Positions 10,985 to 23,512 of a stretch of DNA of 64,000 nucleotides are shown here, piece after piece. Below the pieces are notes generated by a model, which saw nothing but the letters and a program-made list of their open reading frames with translations, made no database searches and was not told the DNA's origin. Position 1 is the stretch's first letter. Every line of letters starts with the position of its first letter. Both the position numbers and the translations under genes were made by a program. The stretch spans positions 1,662 through 65,661 of the forward strand of contig JAUYKW010000008.1 of NCBI GenBank assembly GCA_030698395.1. Reading direction: 5' to 3'. This DNA comes from a bacterium (GTDB lineage: Bacteria > Patescibacteriota > Patescibacteriia > UBA9570).

Positions 10985-11473
10985 ATGCGTAAAGGTTTTA
11001 CCCTAATCGAGCTCTTAATCGTTATTGCGATTATTGGATTACTTGCCACTTTGGCAATCGTGTCCCTAACAACTGCGCAACAAAAAGCGCGTGACACAAA
11101 ACGTATAGCTGATCTTAAACAGCTACAAAATGCAACAGAGTTATATTTCAGCGAAGTTACTCCAGGATCATACCCAGCTGCTACTACTTGGGCTGCTTAT
11201 GCTGCGGATGTAGCTGATTATATTTCTGTAATGCCAATCGATCCAACAAATGATACTGATTTTTATTATGTCTACGCAGATAATGATACTGGCGATGAGT
11301 ATGTACTCGGAGCTACGTTGGAAAATACTACTCACTCAGCCTTAAATGGTGATGATGATACTAACTATACTGCAGCAGGTGCATGGTTAGCTATTACACC
11401 AATTTCATCTTCCATTGCTACACCAGCAACAGTTAACTGTAGTCTTGCTGGAGCATATTGTTTATCTGAATAA
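10985..11473 (+). CDS. pilA: Type IV major pilin (PilA-like).
   Basis: The prepilin leader is MRKG|FTLIELLIVIAIIGLLA, with Glu at +5. Two C-terminal cysteines (NCSLAGAYC) could form a disulfide loop. Confidence 0.85.
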   Translation: MRKGFTLIELLIVIAIIGLLATLAIVSLTTAQQKARDTKRIADLKQLQNATELYFSEVTPGSYPAATTWAAYAADVADYISVMPIDPTNDTDFYYVYADNDTGDEYVLGATLENTTHSALNGDDDTNYTAAGAWLAITPISSSIATPATVNCSLAGAYCLSE

Positions 11474-11494
11474 TCTCACTAGTTGATTATCCAA

Positions 11495-11522
11495 AGAGCG
11501 CTCTAACGGGCGCTCTTTTTGG
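11495..11522 (+). terminator. Rho-independent terminator after the first pilin gene.
   Basis: Stem agagcgc / gcgctct, 8-nt loop, followed by a T-run. Confidence 0.6.
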
Positions 11523-11609
11523 TTTAAATAGTGTAAGTATTTTGCTATTCTTATTTCCATTAATAATGATATACTTACCGTAGTGTATTTAATTTTTTAT
11601 AGGCAAGCT

Positions 11610-12098
11610 ATGCGTAAAGGTTTTACCCTAATCGAGCTTTTAATCGTTATTGCGATTATTGGATTACTTGCCACTTTGGCAATTGTGTCTTTAACATCTG
11701 CACAACAAAAATCACGTGATGCAAAACGTATAGCTGATATTAAACAACTACAAAATGCAACGGAGCTGTATTTCAATGAGATTACGGTTGGTTCATATCC
11801 TGATCCAGCCAATTGGACAGAGTATACAAATAATTTAGTACCAATTATGTCATCTATGCCTACAGATCCAACTAATGATGCCACTAGATTTTATATATAC
11901 GCTACAAATGACAGTGCAGATGAATATGTGATTGGTACTAGATTAGAAGATGTAAATCATCCTGCACTGAGTGGTGATGATGATACAAACTATACTGCAG
12001 TAGGTGCATGGTTAGGAATTTCACCAGTAACTTCTTCAGTGGCAACTCCTACTACTGTAAATTGTAGTTTAGCAGGTGTTTATTGCCTTTCAGAGTAA
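11610..12098 (+). CDS. pilA: Second type IV pilin, a paralog of the upstream pilA.
   Basis: The leader is the same, MRKG|FTLIELLIVIAIIGLLA. The C-terminus is the same (NCSLAGVYCLSE), while the central region has diverged. The start is set at the internal ATG, 11610. Confidence 0.8.
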   Translation: MRKGFTLIELLIVIAIIGLLATLAIVSLTSAQQKSRDAKRIADIKQLQNATELYFNEITVGSYPDPANWTEYTNNLVPIMSSMPTDPTNDATRFYIYATNDSADEYVIGTRLEDVNHPALSGDDDTNYTAVGAWLGISPVTSSVATPTTVNCSLAGVYCLSE

Positions 12099-12168
12099 TT
12101 AATATTTGATGTTATAAAGGGGCGTATTCATGGGGCGCTCTTTTTAATTCTTGTGATATACTAAAGGC

Positions 12169-12939
12169 ATGACAATACCAGTGTTATTTGCAGTATTAAT
12201 GGCCGCTCTATTTGGGCTAGGATTTGGTAGTTTTCTAAACGTATTTGTGTTGCGTACTTTTAGTGGTGAAACCCTAACGGGGCGTTCGCATTGTGTTTCT
12301 TGCCAAAAACAGATAGCATGGTTTGATTTAATTCCAGTTTTTTCATATCTTTTTTTGTTAGGAAAGTGTAGATATTGCAAGAAAGGTATATCTGCTCAAT
12401 ATCCAATTGTTGAATTTTGTTGTGCTACTTTGTTAGTTATCATTGCAGTATGGTTTTATGGTGAGCCAATTCAGATGGCAATTTATATGATGTATGTATT
12501 TTTTTTGTTAGCCATCTTTATATATGATCTTAAATACTATCTAATACCTGATATTTTGACACTACCTGGCATTGTTCTTGCTGTGATTGGTAGTTTAATT
12601 CTTGGATTTTCTTGGTGGAATATTTTTTTAGGCATGCTTGTGGGTGGAGGAATATTTTTCGCGCAATATGTTTTTTCTAAAGGCAGGTGGATCGGTGGCG
12701 GAGATATTAGACTTGGCTTGTTAATGGGTGCAATGTTAGGATTTCCAAATATAATAGTTGCATTATTTTTAGCTTATTTATTTGGTGCGGCCATAGCAGT
12801 TCCACTTGTAATTACTAGAAAAAAAAATCGTAAGGATAAATTACCATTTGGAACTTTTTTAACCTTCGCAACATTTATTACAATACTTTTTGGAGATAAA
12901 ATAATGAATTGGTATTTATATGGAGTCATCGGGTTATAG
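12169..12939 (+). CDS. pilD: Prepilin peptidase PilD (A24 family).
   Basis: It has CxxC...CxxC zinc motifs (CVSCQK...CRYCKK), is polytopic in the membrane, and is 256 aa long. Confidence 0.85.
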   Translation: MTIPVLFAVLMAALFGLGFGSFLNVFVLRTFSGETLTGRSHCVSCQKQIAWFDLIPVFSYLFLLGKCRYCKKGISAQYPIVEFCCATLLVIIAVWFYGEPIQMAIYMMYVFFLLAIFIYDLKYYLIPDILTLPGIVLAVIGSLILGFSWWNIFLGMLVGGGIFFAQYVFSKGRWIGGGDIRLGLLMGAMLGFPNIIVALFLAYLFGAAIAVPLVITRKKNRKDKLPFGTFLTFATFITILFGDKIMNWYLYGVIGL

Positions 12940-13465
12940 TTTAGTAGAGCTGATTGCGGTTATGGCCGTTATGGTAATTTTATTTACTGTCACGTCTTTA
13001 CAAATTGGCAAGTCTAATCCGAACGGCACGGTTCATGATGACGGTAATAGTTTGAAATCTACAATTACATTAGCCAGAACATATGCTAGAACGGGTCATC
13101 ATTGTTGTGGTGATATTTTGCCACCGGCTTATGGAGTGCGATTTAAGATGGACGGGCCTCCTGATAGTACATATTTTTTGTATGCTGATTTGGATGGAGA
13201 TAATGTATTTTCACCTGCTGATGAAATTTTAATAAAGCGTGCATTAAGCGAGAATGTAGATTTCTATGAATGCACCGACGGTGTAACAACTTATACTGCA
13301 TTAGGAAAATGCGATATTGCATTCTTAACCGATTTATCTCGAACTGCTACTTTTGAAGGTGGCGAATTTGCTGGAGATTTATATTTATTAATTCGATATA
13401 GGAGTGATGTATCAATTACTGATCAGATAGTTATAGATAAAAATACTCTCAATATTGAAAATTAG
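12920..13465 (+). CDS. Minor pilin/pseudopilin.
   Basis: A class III signal, G|YSLVELIAVMAVMVILF, is present. Confidence 0.6.
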   Translation: MESSGYSLVELIAVMAVMVILFTVTSLQIGKSNPNGTVHDDGNSLKSTITLARTYARTGHHCCGDILPPAYGVRFKMDGPPDSTYFLYADLDGDNVFSPADEILIKRALSENVDFYECTDGVTTYTALGKCDIAFLTDLSRTATFEGGEFAGDLYLLIRYRSDVSITDQIVIDKNTLNIEN

Positions 13466-13468
13466 AAG

Positions 13469-14146
13469 ATGAAATTTAATATATTTAAAAATACATCAGG
13501 TCAGACGTTATTGGAGTCATTATTAGCAATCACGGTTATTGTAGTTGGAGTTGTTAGTTTGATTTCGTTATTGGTAAATGCCAGAGTGTCTGCAGAAGCA
13601 AGCTTGGAAGAAGCTGTTGCTGGTCAAATTGGCAGAGAGACTATTGAGGCTGTAAGATTTATCCGAGACAGCAATTGGTTGAAGAGAGAAGCTGGACTAG
13701 GAGTAAATTATTATGATGGATTGCGCGGTGGTTCTGATGCGGATGATTATAATGGAATTTATGCTTGGAATCCTGAAGGTTCAGCGGAGACCGCAGTATT
13801 ATTTGATTTTACTGACAATTCTATTAATGATGATAGTGCAATTGTTTACCAGGATGTCATGAATTATTATCGCCAGAGCATAATTCCTCAGCCGGGCTGG
13901 GTGGATACTGGATTTAGGCGCTGGGTATCACTTTATCCAATTTGCTTTGATACCACTACTGGCCTAGAATATTTATTAACAAGTGATGGAACTAATTGTG
14001 CCTATGATTTAGAGGTGGGTATTCAAGTTATTGTTCAGGTGCAATGGAAGGGTAGGGCAGGATTAGTCCATGATAGATTAATCGAAGATAGATTATATAA
14101 TTGGAAATACCCAGAGGGGGATGATTTTTCTGATGTAGTTTTTTAA
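13469..14146 (+). CDS. Minor pilin/pseudopilin.
   Basis: A prepilin-type N-terminus, G|QTLLESLLAITVIVVGV, is present. Confidence 0.6.
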   Translation: MKFNIFKNTSGQTLLESLLAITVIVVGVVSLISLLVNARVSAEASLEEAVAGQIGRETIEAVRFIRDSNWLKREAGLGVNYYDGLRGGSDADDYNGIYAWNPEGSAETAVLFDFTDNSINDDSAIVYQDVMNYYRQSIIPQPGWVDTGFRRWVSLYPICFDTTTGLEYLLTSDGTNCAYDLEVGIQVIVQVQWKGRAGLVHDRLIEDRLYNWKYPEGDDFSDVVF

Positions 14147-14147
14147 T

Positions 14148-14700
14148 ATGAAAAATATTCATTCAAAACAATCTGGTTTTACAATAGTTGAGATGATGAT
14201 CTCAACGGCTGTATTTGTAATAGTTATTGTAGTATTAATGGATTTGACTTTTATTTTTATTAGAGATCCGCTTAATTTAGCTAAGCAAAAGGAGCTAGAG
14301 CAAGACATGACGTATGCAATGGATGAAATGAGTTTTATTATTCGGCATGGTGCTATAAATTGGGATAGATATCCTGTTGGAGTACCGCCAAATCCATATC
14401 CATTGTTATATTTTCTGAAGAATGATAAATCACCTGGTCTCTTTCATATAAGTACGCATAAGCGCACGGGATTACAAGAATCTTTAACAATTGGTGACGG
14501 AGTAATGGATAGATATTTAGTAGGTGATGATGTAATTATTGATGAGTTAAATTTCTTTGTGTATCCCACGAAGGATCCTTATGATCTGACTAATGATGTA
14601 CATGCACAGCCAATGGTAATAATATCGCTCACAGGACATCATATTGATGATGATTCAATTAAACCTATTACAATGCAAACAATAGCAACAACAAGATATT

Positions 14701-14711
<11 letters not shown>
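14148..14711 (+). CDS. Minor pilin/pseudopilin.
   Basis: A prepilin-type N-terminus, G|FTIVEMMISTAVFVIVIVV, is present. Confidence 0.6.
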
Positions 14712-17552
<2,841 letters not shown>

Positions 17553-17575
17553 TTGTTTATGCTATACTACGCTGT

Positions 17576-17884
17576 ATGGAATTATCAAAAGCCGAGGTAA
17601 AAAAAATTGCAGATTTAGCTAGAATCGCATTAACCGCAGAGGAAGTTGATAAATATAGTAAAGAATTATCAACTATTTTGGAATTTGTTGATCAGCTCAA
17701 TGAATTAAACACAGATGGTATTGAACCCACTAGCCAAGTTACTGGCTTAGTTAATGTATGGCGGAAGGATGAAGTAAATCATGAAAATACTAGAGAGGAA
17801 ATGTTGAAGTCTGCAATAGAGACAGCAGAGGATCACTTAAAAGTACAGGGTGTTTTTAATGTTAACGAAGATGAAGAAAAGTAG
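17576..17884 (+). CDS. gatC: Glu-tRNA(Gln) amidotransferase subunit C.
   Basis: It is about 100 aa, has a typical GatC N-terminus (KIADLARIALTAEEV), and lies immediately upstream of gatA. Confidence 0.8.
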   Translation: MELSKAEVKKIADLARIALTAEEVDKYSKELSTILEFVDQLNELNTDGIEPTSQVTGLVNVWRKDEVNHENTREEMLKSAIETAEDHLKVQGVFNVNEDEEK

Positions 17885-17885
17885 C

Positions 17886-19289
17886 ATGATTTTAGAATTA
17901 CGAAAAAAATTGGATCAAAAAAAAGTTTCTGCTGTAGAGTTAACGCAGGATTATTTAGCAACTATTAAAAAGAAGAATTCTGAGTTGAATTCTTTTATTT
18001 CTGTTGAAGAAGAATTCGCATTAAAGCAGGCTAAACATGCAGATATGATGATTGCAGATGGTGATGCAAACATTCTAACTGGCATACCATATACTTTAAA
18101 AGATTTATTTTGTGTGAAAGGTGTAGAAACAACGGCCGGATCAAATATATTAAAAGGTTACATTCCTCCTTATACAGCTACTGCAGTGGAGCGATTGAAT
18201 GGTGCAGTTATGCTTGGAAAAACAAATACAGATGAATTTGCAATGGGAGCATCAACTGAAACTTCATGTTTTGGTCCAACAAAGAATCCGTATGATTTAT
18301 CACGAGTAGCCGGTGGATCATCTGGAGGACCCGTAGCAGCAGTAGCAACAGATATGGCTGTGTTTGCATTAGGTACAGATACAGGTGGATCCATCAGACA
18401 ACCAGCTGCGTTTAGTGGTGTTGCGGGATTAAGAGTTACGTATGGTCGTGTGTCTAGATACGGAGCAATAGCTATGGCATCATCTTTAGATACTGTTGGT
18501 CCAATTGCTAAGACGGTTGAAGATTTGGCAATTATTTTAGAGCAGATAGCTGGGATCGATGTGCTTGATGGTACAACGTTAGATAAACCAGTAGAGGAAT
18601 ATACAAAAGCGTTAGGAAAGTTAAAGAAAAATATTACAATTGGTATACCTAAGGAGTATTTTGAATTAGAAGGGCTCGATATTGGGGTTCAACAGAAGGT
18701 TGAAAACGTAATCGCTGAGCTAAAGAAGCAGGGGATTAAATTTAAGGAGATTTCTTTGCCACATACAAAATATGCTGTGCCAGCATATTATATAATTACT
18801 CCTAGTGAGGTGAGTTCTAATATGGCTAGATATGATGGTATAAAATTTGGATATCGTGCAGAAAATGCTAGTGAATTAATGGAAGTTTATAAACAATCAA
18901 GATCGGCCGGTTTTGGTGATGAAGTAAAACGTAGAATTATGTTAGGTACATATGCGTTATCAGCTGGTTATTATGATGCTTATTATTTAAAGGCCATGAA
19001 GGTTAGAACTTTGATCAGGAATGATTTTACTACAGCCTTTAAGGATGTTGATCTGATTATTACACCAACAACACCAACTACAGCCTTTAAAATTGGTGAG
19101 AATATGGATGATCCGATTAAGATGTATTTGGCTGATATTTATACCGCACCAGCATCATTGGCGGGAATTCCTGGATTAGCAATCCCATGCGGTGAAGTTG
19201 ATAATTTGCCTGTTTCTGTGCAGATTTTAGGTCCTCAATGGTCTGAATCTTCCGTATTACAGTTAGGGAAGGTGATAGAAGAGCTGTAA
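17886..19289 (+). CDS. gatA: Glu-tRNA(Gln) amidotransferase subunit A (amidase signature family).
   Basis: The amidase signature GGSSGG...GTDTGGSIRQPA is present. The start is set at MILELRKKL (ATG at 17886), directly after the gatC stop. Confidence 0.9.
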   Translation: MILELRKKLDQKKVSAVELTQDYLATIKKKNSELNSFISVEEEFALKQAKHADMMIADGDANILTGIPYTLKDLFCVKGVETTAGSNILKGYIPPYTATAVERLNGAVMLGKTNTDEFAMGASTETSCFGPTKNPYDLSRVAGGSSGGPVAAVATDMAVFALGTDTGGSIRQPAAFSGVAGLRVTYGRVSRYGAIAMASSLDTVGPIAKTVEDLAIILEQIAGIDVLDGTTLDKPVEEYTKALGKLKKNITIGIPKEYFELEGLDIGVQQKVENVIAELKKQGIKFKEISLPHTKYAVPAYYIITPSEVSSNMARYDGIKFGYRAENASELMEVYKQSRSAGFGDEVKRRIMLGTYALSAGYYDAYYLKAMKVRTLIRNDFTTAFKDVDLIITPTTPTTAFKIGENMDDPIKMYLADIYTAPASLAGIPGLAIPCGEVDNLPVSVQILGPQWSESSVLQLGKVIEEL

Positions 19290-19382
19290 AAGTTGAAATT
19301 TAATGAGATTTGTCTTGTATAAAGTATGATATTGTAGTATAATAAATATCTATTTAATAAATATTTCAGATAATACACGAAT

Positions 19383-19754
19383 ATGGCAAAAAAAATATTG
19401 TTGGTCGAGGATGATGAGATGCTACATAACATGTATACGCAGAAATTCAAGAAACATGGATATGAAGTATTATCAGCATATAATGGAGCAGATGGTGTAA
19501 AGATGGCGATCTCTGAAAATCCTGACTTAATTCTACTAGATGTAATTATGCCAAAAATGGATGGTTTTGTTGCATTGAAGAAAATTAGAAAAACTCCTGC
19601 GTTAGAAAAAACTCCAATTATATTGTTAACAAATTTAGGCCAAGAAGAGGACGTTAGAAAAGGCAATGAACTAGGTGCTGATGATTACTTCATTAAAGCT
19701 AATCACACACCACAGGAAATAGTAGATAAAGTTAAAACTTTTTTAAAGGAATAA
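19383..19754 (+). CDS. Stand-alone CheY-like receiver, a paralog of the 8257-8634 gene.
   Basis: The motifs ILLVEDDEML...DLILLDVIMPKMDG are present. Length is 123 aa. Confidence 0.85.
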   Translation: MAKKILLVEDDEMLHNMYTQKFKKHGYEVLSAYNGADGVKMAISENPDLILLDVIMPKMDGFVALKKIRKTPALEKTPIILLTNLGQEEDVRKGNELGADDYFIKANHTPQEIVDKVKTFLKE

Positions 19755-19758
19755 TATT

Positions 19759-20223
19759 ATGGTTCAGAAATCACTTATAATTGTAAAGCCTGATGCTTTA
19801 CAGAGAAATTTGCTTGGAGAAATTGTTAGTCGCTTCGAGCGTAAAGGATTAAAAATTGCCGGCATGAAAATGATGGCTATTGATGATGTAATGATTGAAA
19901 GTCATTACGAACATCATGTAGATAAACCTTTTTTTGAAGGATTAAAAAAATATATGCAATCATCCCCAGTTGTAGTTATGGCTGTTGAAGGCTATGAAGC
20001 AATTGATGCAATTAGATTGATTGTTGGGCCAACTAAGGGTAGGGAAGCGGATGCTGGAAGTATTCGTGGTGATTTTGCTATGAGTGTACAATATAATATT
20101 GTGCATGCATCAGACTCTGCTGAGAATGCCGAAGCTGAAGTAGCTAGATTTTTCAAAGATGATGAATTGTTCGATTATAGAAAGGTTGACTTTGATTACA
20201 TATACGGCGAAGACGAAAGATAA
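19759..20223 (+). CDS. ndk: Nucleoside diphosphate kinase.
   Basis: The NDK motifs GSIRGDFA and NIVHASDS are present. Length is 154 aa. Confidence 0.9.
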   Translation: MVQKSLIIVKPDALQRNLLGEIVSRFERKGLKIAGMKMMAIDDVMIESHYEHHVDKPFFEGLKKYMQSSPVVVMAVEGYEAIDAIRLIVGPTKGREADAGSIRGDFAMSVQYNIVHASDSAENAEAEVARFFKDDELFDYRKVDFDYIYGEDER

Positions 20224-20261
20224 TTTGACAAAAAAACAATACGAATTTATACTCTTTCTAT

Positions 20262-20342
20262 ATGATACATTTAAATAAAAATTTCTGGTTTTACTTTAGC
20301 TATATACAGCTCCGGAAGGTGTGTGCATTTGACGTGTCATAA
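20262..20342 (+). CDS. Candidate 26-aa attenuator leader peptide rich in aromatic codons: MIHLNKNFWFYFSYIQLRKVCAFDVS.
   Basis: This is a direct translation. The run FWFYFSY (3 Phe, 1 Trp, 2 Tyr) lies immediately before and overlapping segment 1 of the attenuator. No strong SD was seen. Confidence 0.45.
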   Translation: MIHLNKNFWFYFSYIQLRKVCAFDVS

Positions 20343-20396
20343 AAAAAGACATTAGATAGAAATAGCAACCTTCCGGAGCAACCGGAAGGTTTTTTT
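20309..20396 (+). promoter_or_regulatory. Transcription attenuator. Segment 1 (gctccggaagg, 20309-20319) can pair with segment 2 (ccttccggagc, 20370-20380) as an antiterminator. The alternative is an intrinsic terminator (aaccttccgg-agcaa-ccggaaggtt plus a T-run, 20367-20396). It lies upstream of the DAHP synthase/trp/aro operon.
   Basis: The 11-nt and 10-nt complementarities were read directly from the sequence. The terminator stem is followed by TTTTTTT. Confidence 0.6.
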
Positions 20397-20432
20397 ATTA
20401 AAAACCTTATCAATAAATAATTCAAGAAAAAT

Positions 20433-21449
20433 ATGATTATAGTTATGAAACAACAAACTCCAAAACAAATGGCACTAGATGTCATGGAGCGTATTAAGGA
20501 GATGGATTTAGAACCCGTACTATTAGAAGGCACAGAGCGTAATGTAATTGCAGTAATTGGTGATGAACGGATAGTGGATGAACATGTACTGAATTCTTTA
20601 GAGGGTGTAGAAAAAGTTATGCCGGTGCTAGCTCCATTTAAACTTGCTTCAAAGGAACATTCATCTGAGAAATCAGCAATTGTAATTGCACCAGGCGTTA
20701 CAGTTGGCGGAAAACGTTTAGCAATTATGGCAGGAAACTGTGCAGTAGAAACAATTGAAACATCTTTAGCAACTGCAGCTGCAGTTAAAAAAGTTGGTGC
20801 AAATATTCAGCGGGGTGGTGCATATAAGCCACGATCATCCCCATACTCTTTTCAAGGTTTAGGTGCAGAAGGATTAGAAATTTTGCAACAAGCTAAAGAA
20901 AAAAGTGGATTACCAATTGTTACAGAAGTTTTAGACACTAGACATGTGGAGCTAGTTGCAAAACATGCAGATATTTTACAAGTTGGTACTAGAAATATGC
21001 AGAATTTTGAATTACTGCGTGAAGTTGGTAATTCAAAAAAGCCGGTATTGTTGAAGCGGGGAATGGCTGCAACACTTGATGAATTCCTAATGTCTGCAGA
21101 ATATGTTTTATCTAGTGGAAATCCAAATGTAATTCTTTGCGAACGAGGTATTAGAACATACGAAACTGCAACTAGAAATACATTAGATATTTCTGCGATT
21201 CCTGTATTAAAACAAATGACGCATTTACCAGTGATAGTTGATCCTTCACATGCTGCGGGTAAGCGTGATTATGTTTCTGCGTTAGCAAGAGCGGCAATTG
21301 CTGCTGGAGCTGATGGTTTGTTATTGGATGTACATCCTAATCCTTCTCAGTCGTTAGTAGATCCGGATCAGGCATTAACATTCGAACATTTCGCTGAATT
21401 GATGGATGAAATAAAATTAATCGCTACAGCCGTTGGTAGGGAAGTATAA
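20433..21449 (+). CDS. 3-deoxy-D-arabino-heptulosonate-7-phosphate synthase (type I-beta / KDO8PS-like, with an N-terminal regulatory extension).
   Basis: A GGAYKPRSSPYSFQGLG-type motif is present. The C-terminal TIM-barrel motifs (VDPSH) are present. Confidence 0.8.
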   Translation: MIIVMKQQTPKQMALDVMERIKEMDLEPVLLEGTERNVIAVIGDERIVDEHVLNSLEGVEKVMPVLAPFKLASKEHSSEKSAIVIAPGVTVGGKRLAIMAGNCAVETIETSLATAAAVKKVGANIQRGGAYKPRSSPYSFQGLGAEGLEILQQAKEKSGLPIVTEVLDTRHVELVAKHADILQVGTRNMQNFELLREVGNSKKPVLLKRGMAATLDEFLMSAEYVLSSGNPNVILCERGIRTYETATRNTLDISAIPVLKQMTHLPVIVDPSHAAGKRDYVSALARAAIAAGADGLLLDVHPNPSQSLVDPDQALTFEHFAELMDEIKLIATAVGREV

Positions 21450-21451
21450 CT

Positions 21452-22927
21452 ATGTTTTATACCCGGGATGTAGAATCAATAAAATATGATACTGCATTAA
21501 GCTATTTTAAGCAGTTTGCTGAAGATGTACCGGGTTTTTTGCTGGAGTCTGTTGATATTGCTCCAATTTATGGACGCTTAAGCATTTTTAGCATTGATCC
21601 TCCTTTGGAAGTGGTTGGTAGTGGTGAAGATTTTTATATCAGGGCTTTAAATGATTATGGTAAAGTTTTGTTGAGTTACATTACTGAAGAGACCTTCGCT
21701 TTTTGTTCAACGTTCACTAAAACTGAATCGGAGTGTCGTGGAACAGTAAAGCGTGCTATGGAGATGTTGGATGAATCTAAGCGACAGCAACAAACAAATA
21801 TTTCATCAGTAATTCGTGCGTTATTAAAAATCTTTGCTATAGATGATCCTTATTTAGGATTATACGGTGCATTTAGTTATGATTTTGTGAGGCAATTTGA
21901 GGATATTCCAAATGTTCATGCAGAAGGTGCAATTCCTGATTTTCATTTGTTTTTACCAGATGTATTATATGTATTTGATCATCTTAAGCAGACGGCAGAA
22001 ATACGTTATTATAATTTTTCTCAAGTTAGTTTAAGTTCTAGATTAACAGGGTTACCTCGGACAAATGAATTATCGCAACCTTTCTCAGTTACAGGATTAG
22101 AATCTTCATGTCAAAGAAGTGAGTATGAAGAAAGTGTATTGAAGGCAAAAAATTATATGAAAAAAGGTGATATTTTTGAAATAGTTATATCCAGAAAATT
22201 TTCTGGTTCATGCACGGGTTCTACAATAGATTTATATACGCAATATTGTGAAATTAATCCGTCTCCTTATATGTTTTATTATCGCTTTCCGATTGCTGAA
22301 TCTAAACAGCTAAGAACTTTATTAGGTGCTTCGCCAGAAATGTTTGTACGCGTTGAAGATAACATAGTGATGACAAGACCAATATCTGGCACTGCTATTA
22401 GGAGTAATGATCCAATTGAAGATTATGAAAATATGCTAGATTTATTGAATAGTCAGAAAGAAAAAAGTGAACTTGATATGTTAATTGATTTAGCAAGGAA
22501 TGATGTATCTAGAGTTTGTGAGCCGGGCATTGCGGTAAAGGATTATCGGTATGTAGAAAAATATTCAAAAGTGATGCACACTATCGCACATGTTGAAGGA
22601 AATCTTGATGTAGAAAATTTTTCTGCTTTTGATGCTTTCATTGCTTGTTTGAATGCTGGTACTTTAACTGGCGCGCCGAAAATTCGAGCAATGGAATTAA
22701 TTGAAGAAATGGAAATCGAACGGAGAGGCTATTATGGTGGTAATGTTGGCTATATAACTTTTAACAATGAACTGAATACAGGTATAATTATCAGATCTGC
22801 AGTAATTGAGGATGGCTCTGTATCTACTCAAGTTGGTGCAACATTATTGTTGGATTCACAGCCCACGGCAGAATTCGATGAAACAACTAATAAGGCATCT
22901 GCTCTTTTATCAGTATTAACACCATAG
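21452..22927 (+). CDS. trpE: Anthranilate synthase component I.
   Basis: The chorismate-binding motifs LLGASPEMFVRV...GTLTGAPKIRAMELIEE...RGYYGGNVGY are present. Confidence 0.9.
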   Translation: MFYTRDVESIKYDTALSYFKQFAEDVPGFLLESVDIAPIYGRLSIFSIDPPLEVVGSGEDFYIRALNDYGKVLLSYITEETFAFCSTFTKTESECRGTVKRAMEMLDESKRQQQTNISSVIRALLKIFAIDDPYLGLYGAFSYDFVRQFEDIPNVHAEGAIPDFHLFLPDVLYVFDHLKQTAEIRYYNFSQVSLSSRLTGLPRTNELSQPFSVTGLESSCQRSEYEESVLKAKNYMKKGDIFEIVISRKFSGSCTGSTIDLYTQYCEINPSPYMFYYRFPIAESKQLRTLLGASPEMFVRVEDNIVMTRPISGTAIRSNDPIEDYENMLDLLNSQKEKSELDMLIDLARNDVSRVCEPGIAVKDYRYVEKYSKVMHTIAHVEGNLDVENFSAFDAFIACLNAGTLTGAPKIRAMELIEEMEIERRGYYGGNVGYITFNNELNTGIIIRSAVIEDGSVSTQVGATLLLDSQPTAEFDETTNKASALLSVLTP

Positions 22928-22930
22928 GAT

Positions 22931-23512
22931 ATGAAACAAGTAGTAGTTATCGACAATTTTGATTCATTCACTTTTAATTTAGTTGATTATCTTAAACAAT
23001 GTGATGTGAATGTGATGGTTTATAGAAACACTGTGGACTTTAATATTATTGAAGATCTGCAACCAGATTTAATTGTACTATCTCCGGGTCCTGGTAACCC
23101 ACAACAAGCTGGAAAATTAATTGATTATATAAAACATTTTTCAGAACAGGTGCCAATCTTTGGTGTGTGTTTAGGTATGCAAGCAATTACAGAAGCGTTT
23201 GGTGGAAGCTTGCGATTACTAGATCAACCGAAGCATGGTAAATCTTCTTTAATCGAGCATGATGGCAAAAGTATTTTTGCAGGCATTACAAATCCTGCAG
23301 AAGTTGGCAGATATCATTCTTTGGCTGTTGATTTAATGCCAGATGACTTTGAAATTTCTGCTAGCACAAAGGATGGGAAGGATGAAGTGGTAATGGCAAT
23401 GCGTCATAATACTTTACCAATTGAAGGGGTGCAGTTTCATCCAGAATCTGTTTTGTCTTTCAAACAGCAAGTTGGATTAAAAATGATACAGAATTTAATT
23501 GCTCAATTATGA
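22931..23512 (+). CDS. trpG: Anthranilate synthase component II (class I glutamine amidotransferase).
   Basis: The motifs GVCLGMQA...VQFHPES are present. Confidence 0.9.
   Translation: MKQVVVIDNFDSFTFNLVDYLKQCDVNVMVYRNTVDFNIIEDLQPDLIVLSPGPGNPQQAGKLIDYIKHFSEQVPIFGVCLGMQAITEAFGGSLRLLDQPKHGKSSLIEHDGKSIFAGITNPAEVGRYHSLAVDLMPDDFEISASTKDGKDEVVMAMRHNTLPIEGVQFHPESVLSFKQQVGLKMIQNLIAQL

Noticed and set aside
12099-12168. Possible terminator after the second pilin (aaaggggcgtattcatggggcgctcttttt).
   Set aside because: The arms are not complementary. It looks like a degraded partial copy of the 11495-11522 terminator (shared gggcgctcttttt) rather than a stable hairpin, so it is not reported as a feature.
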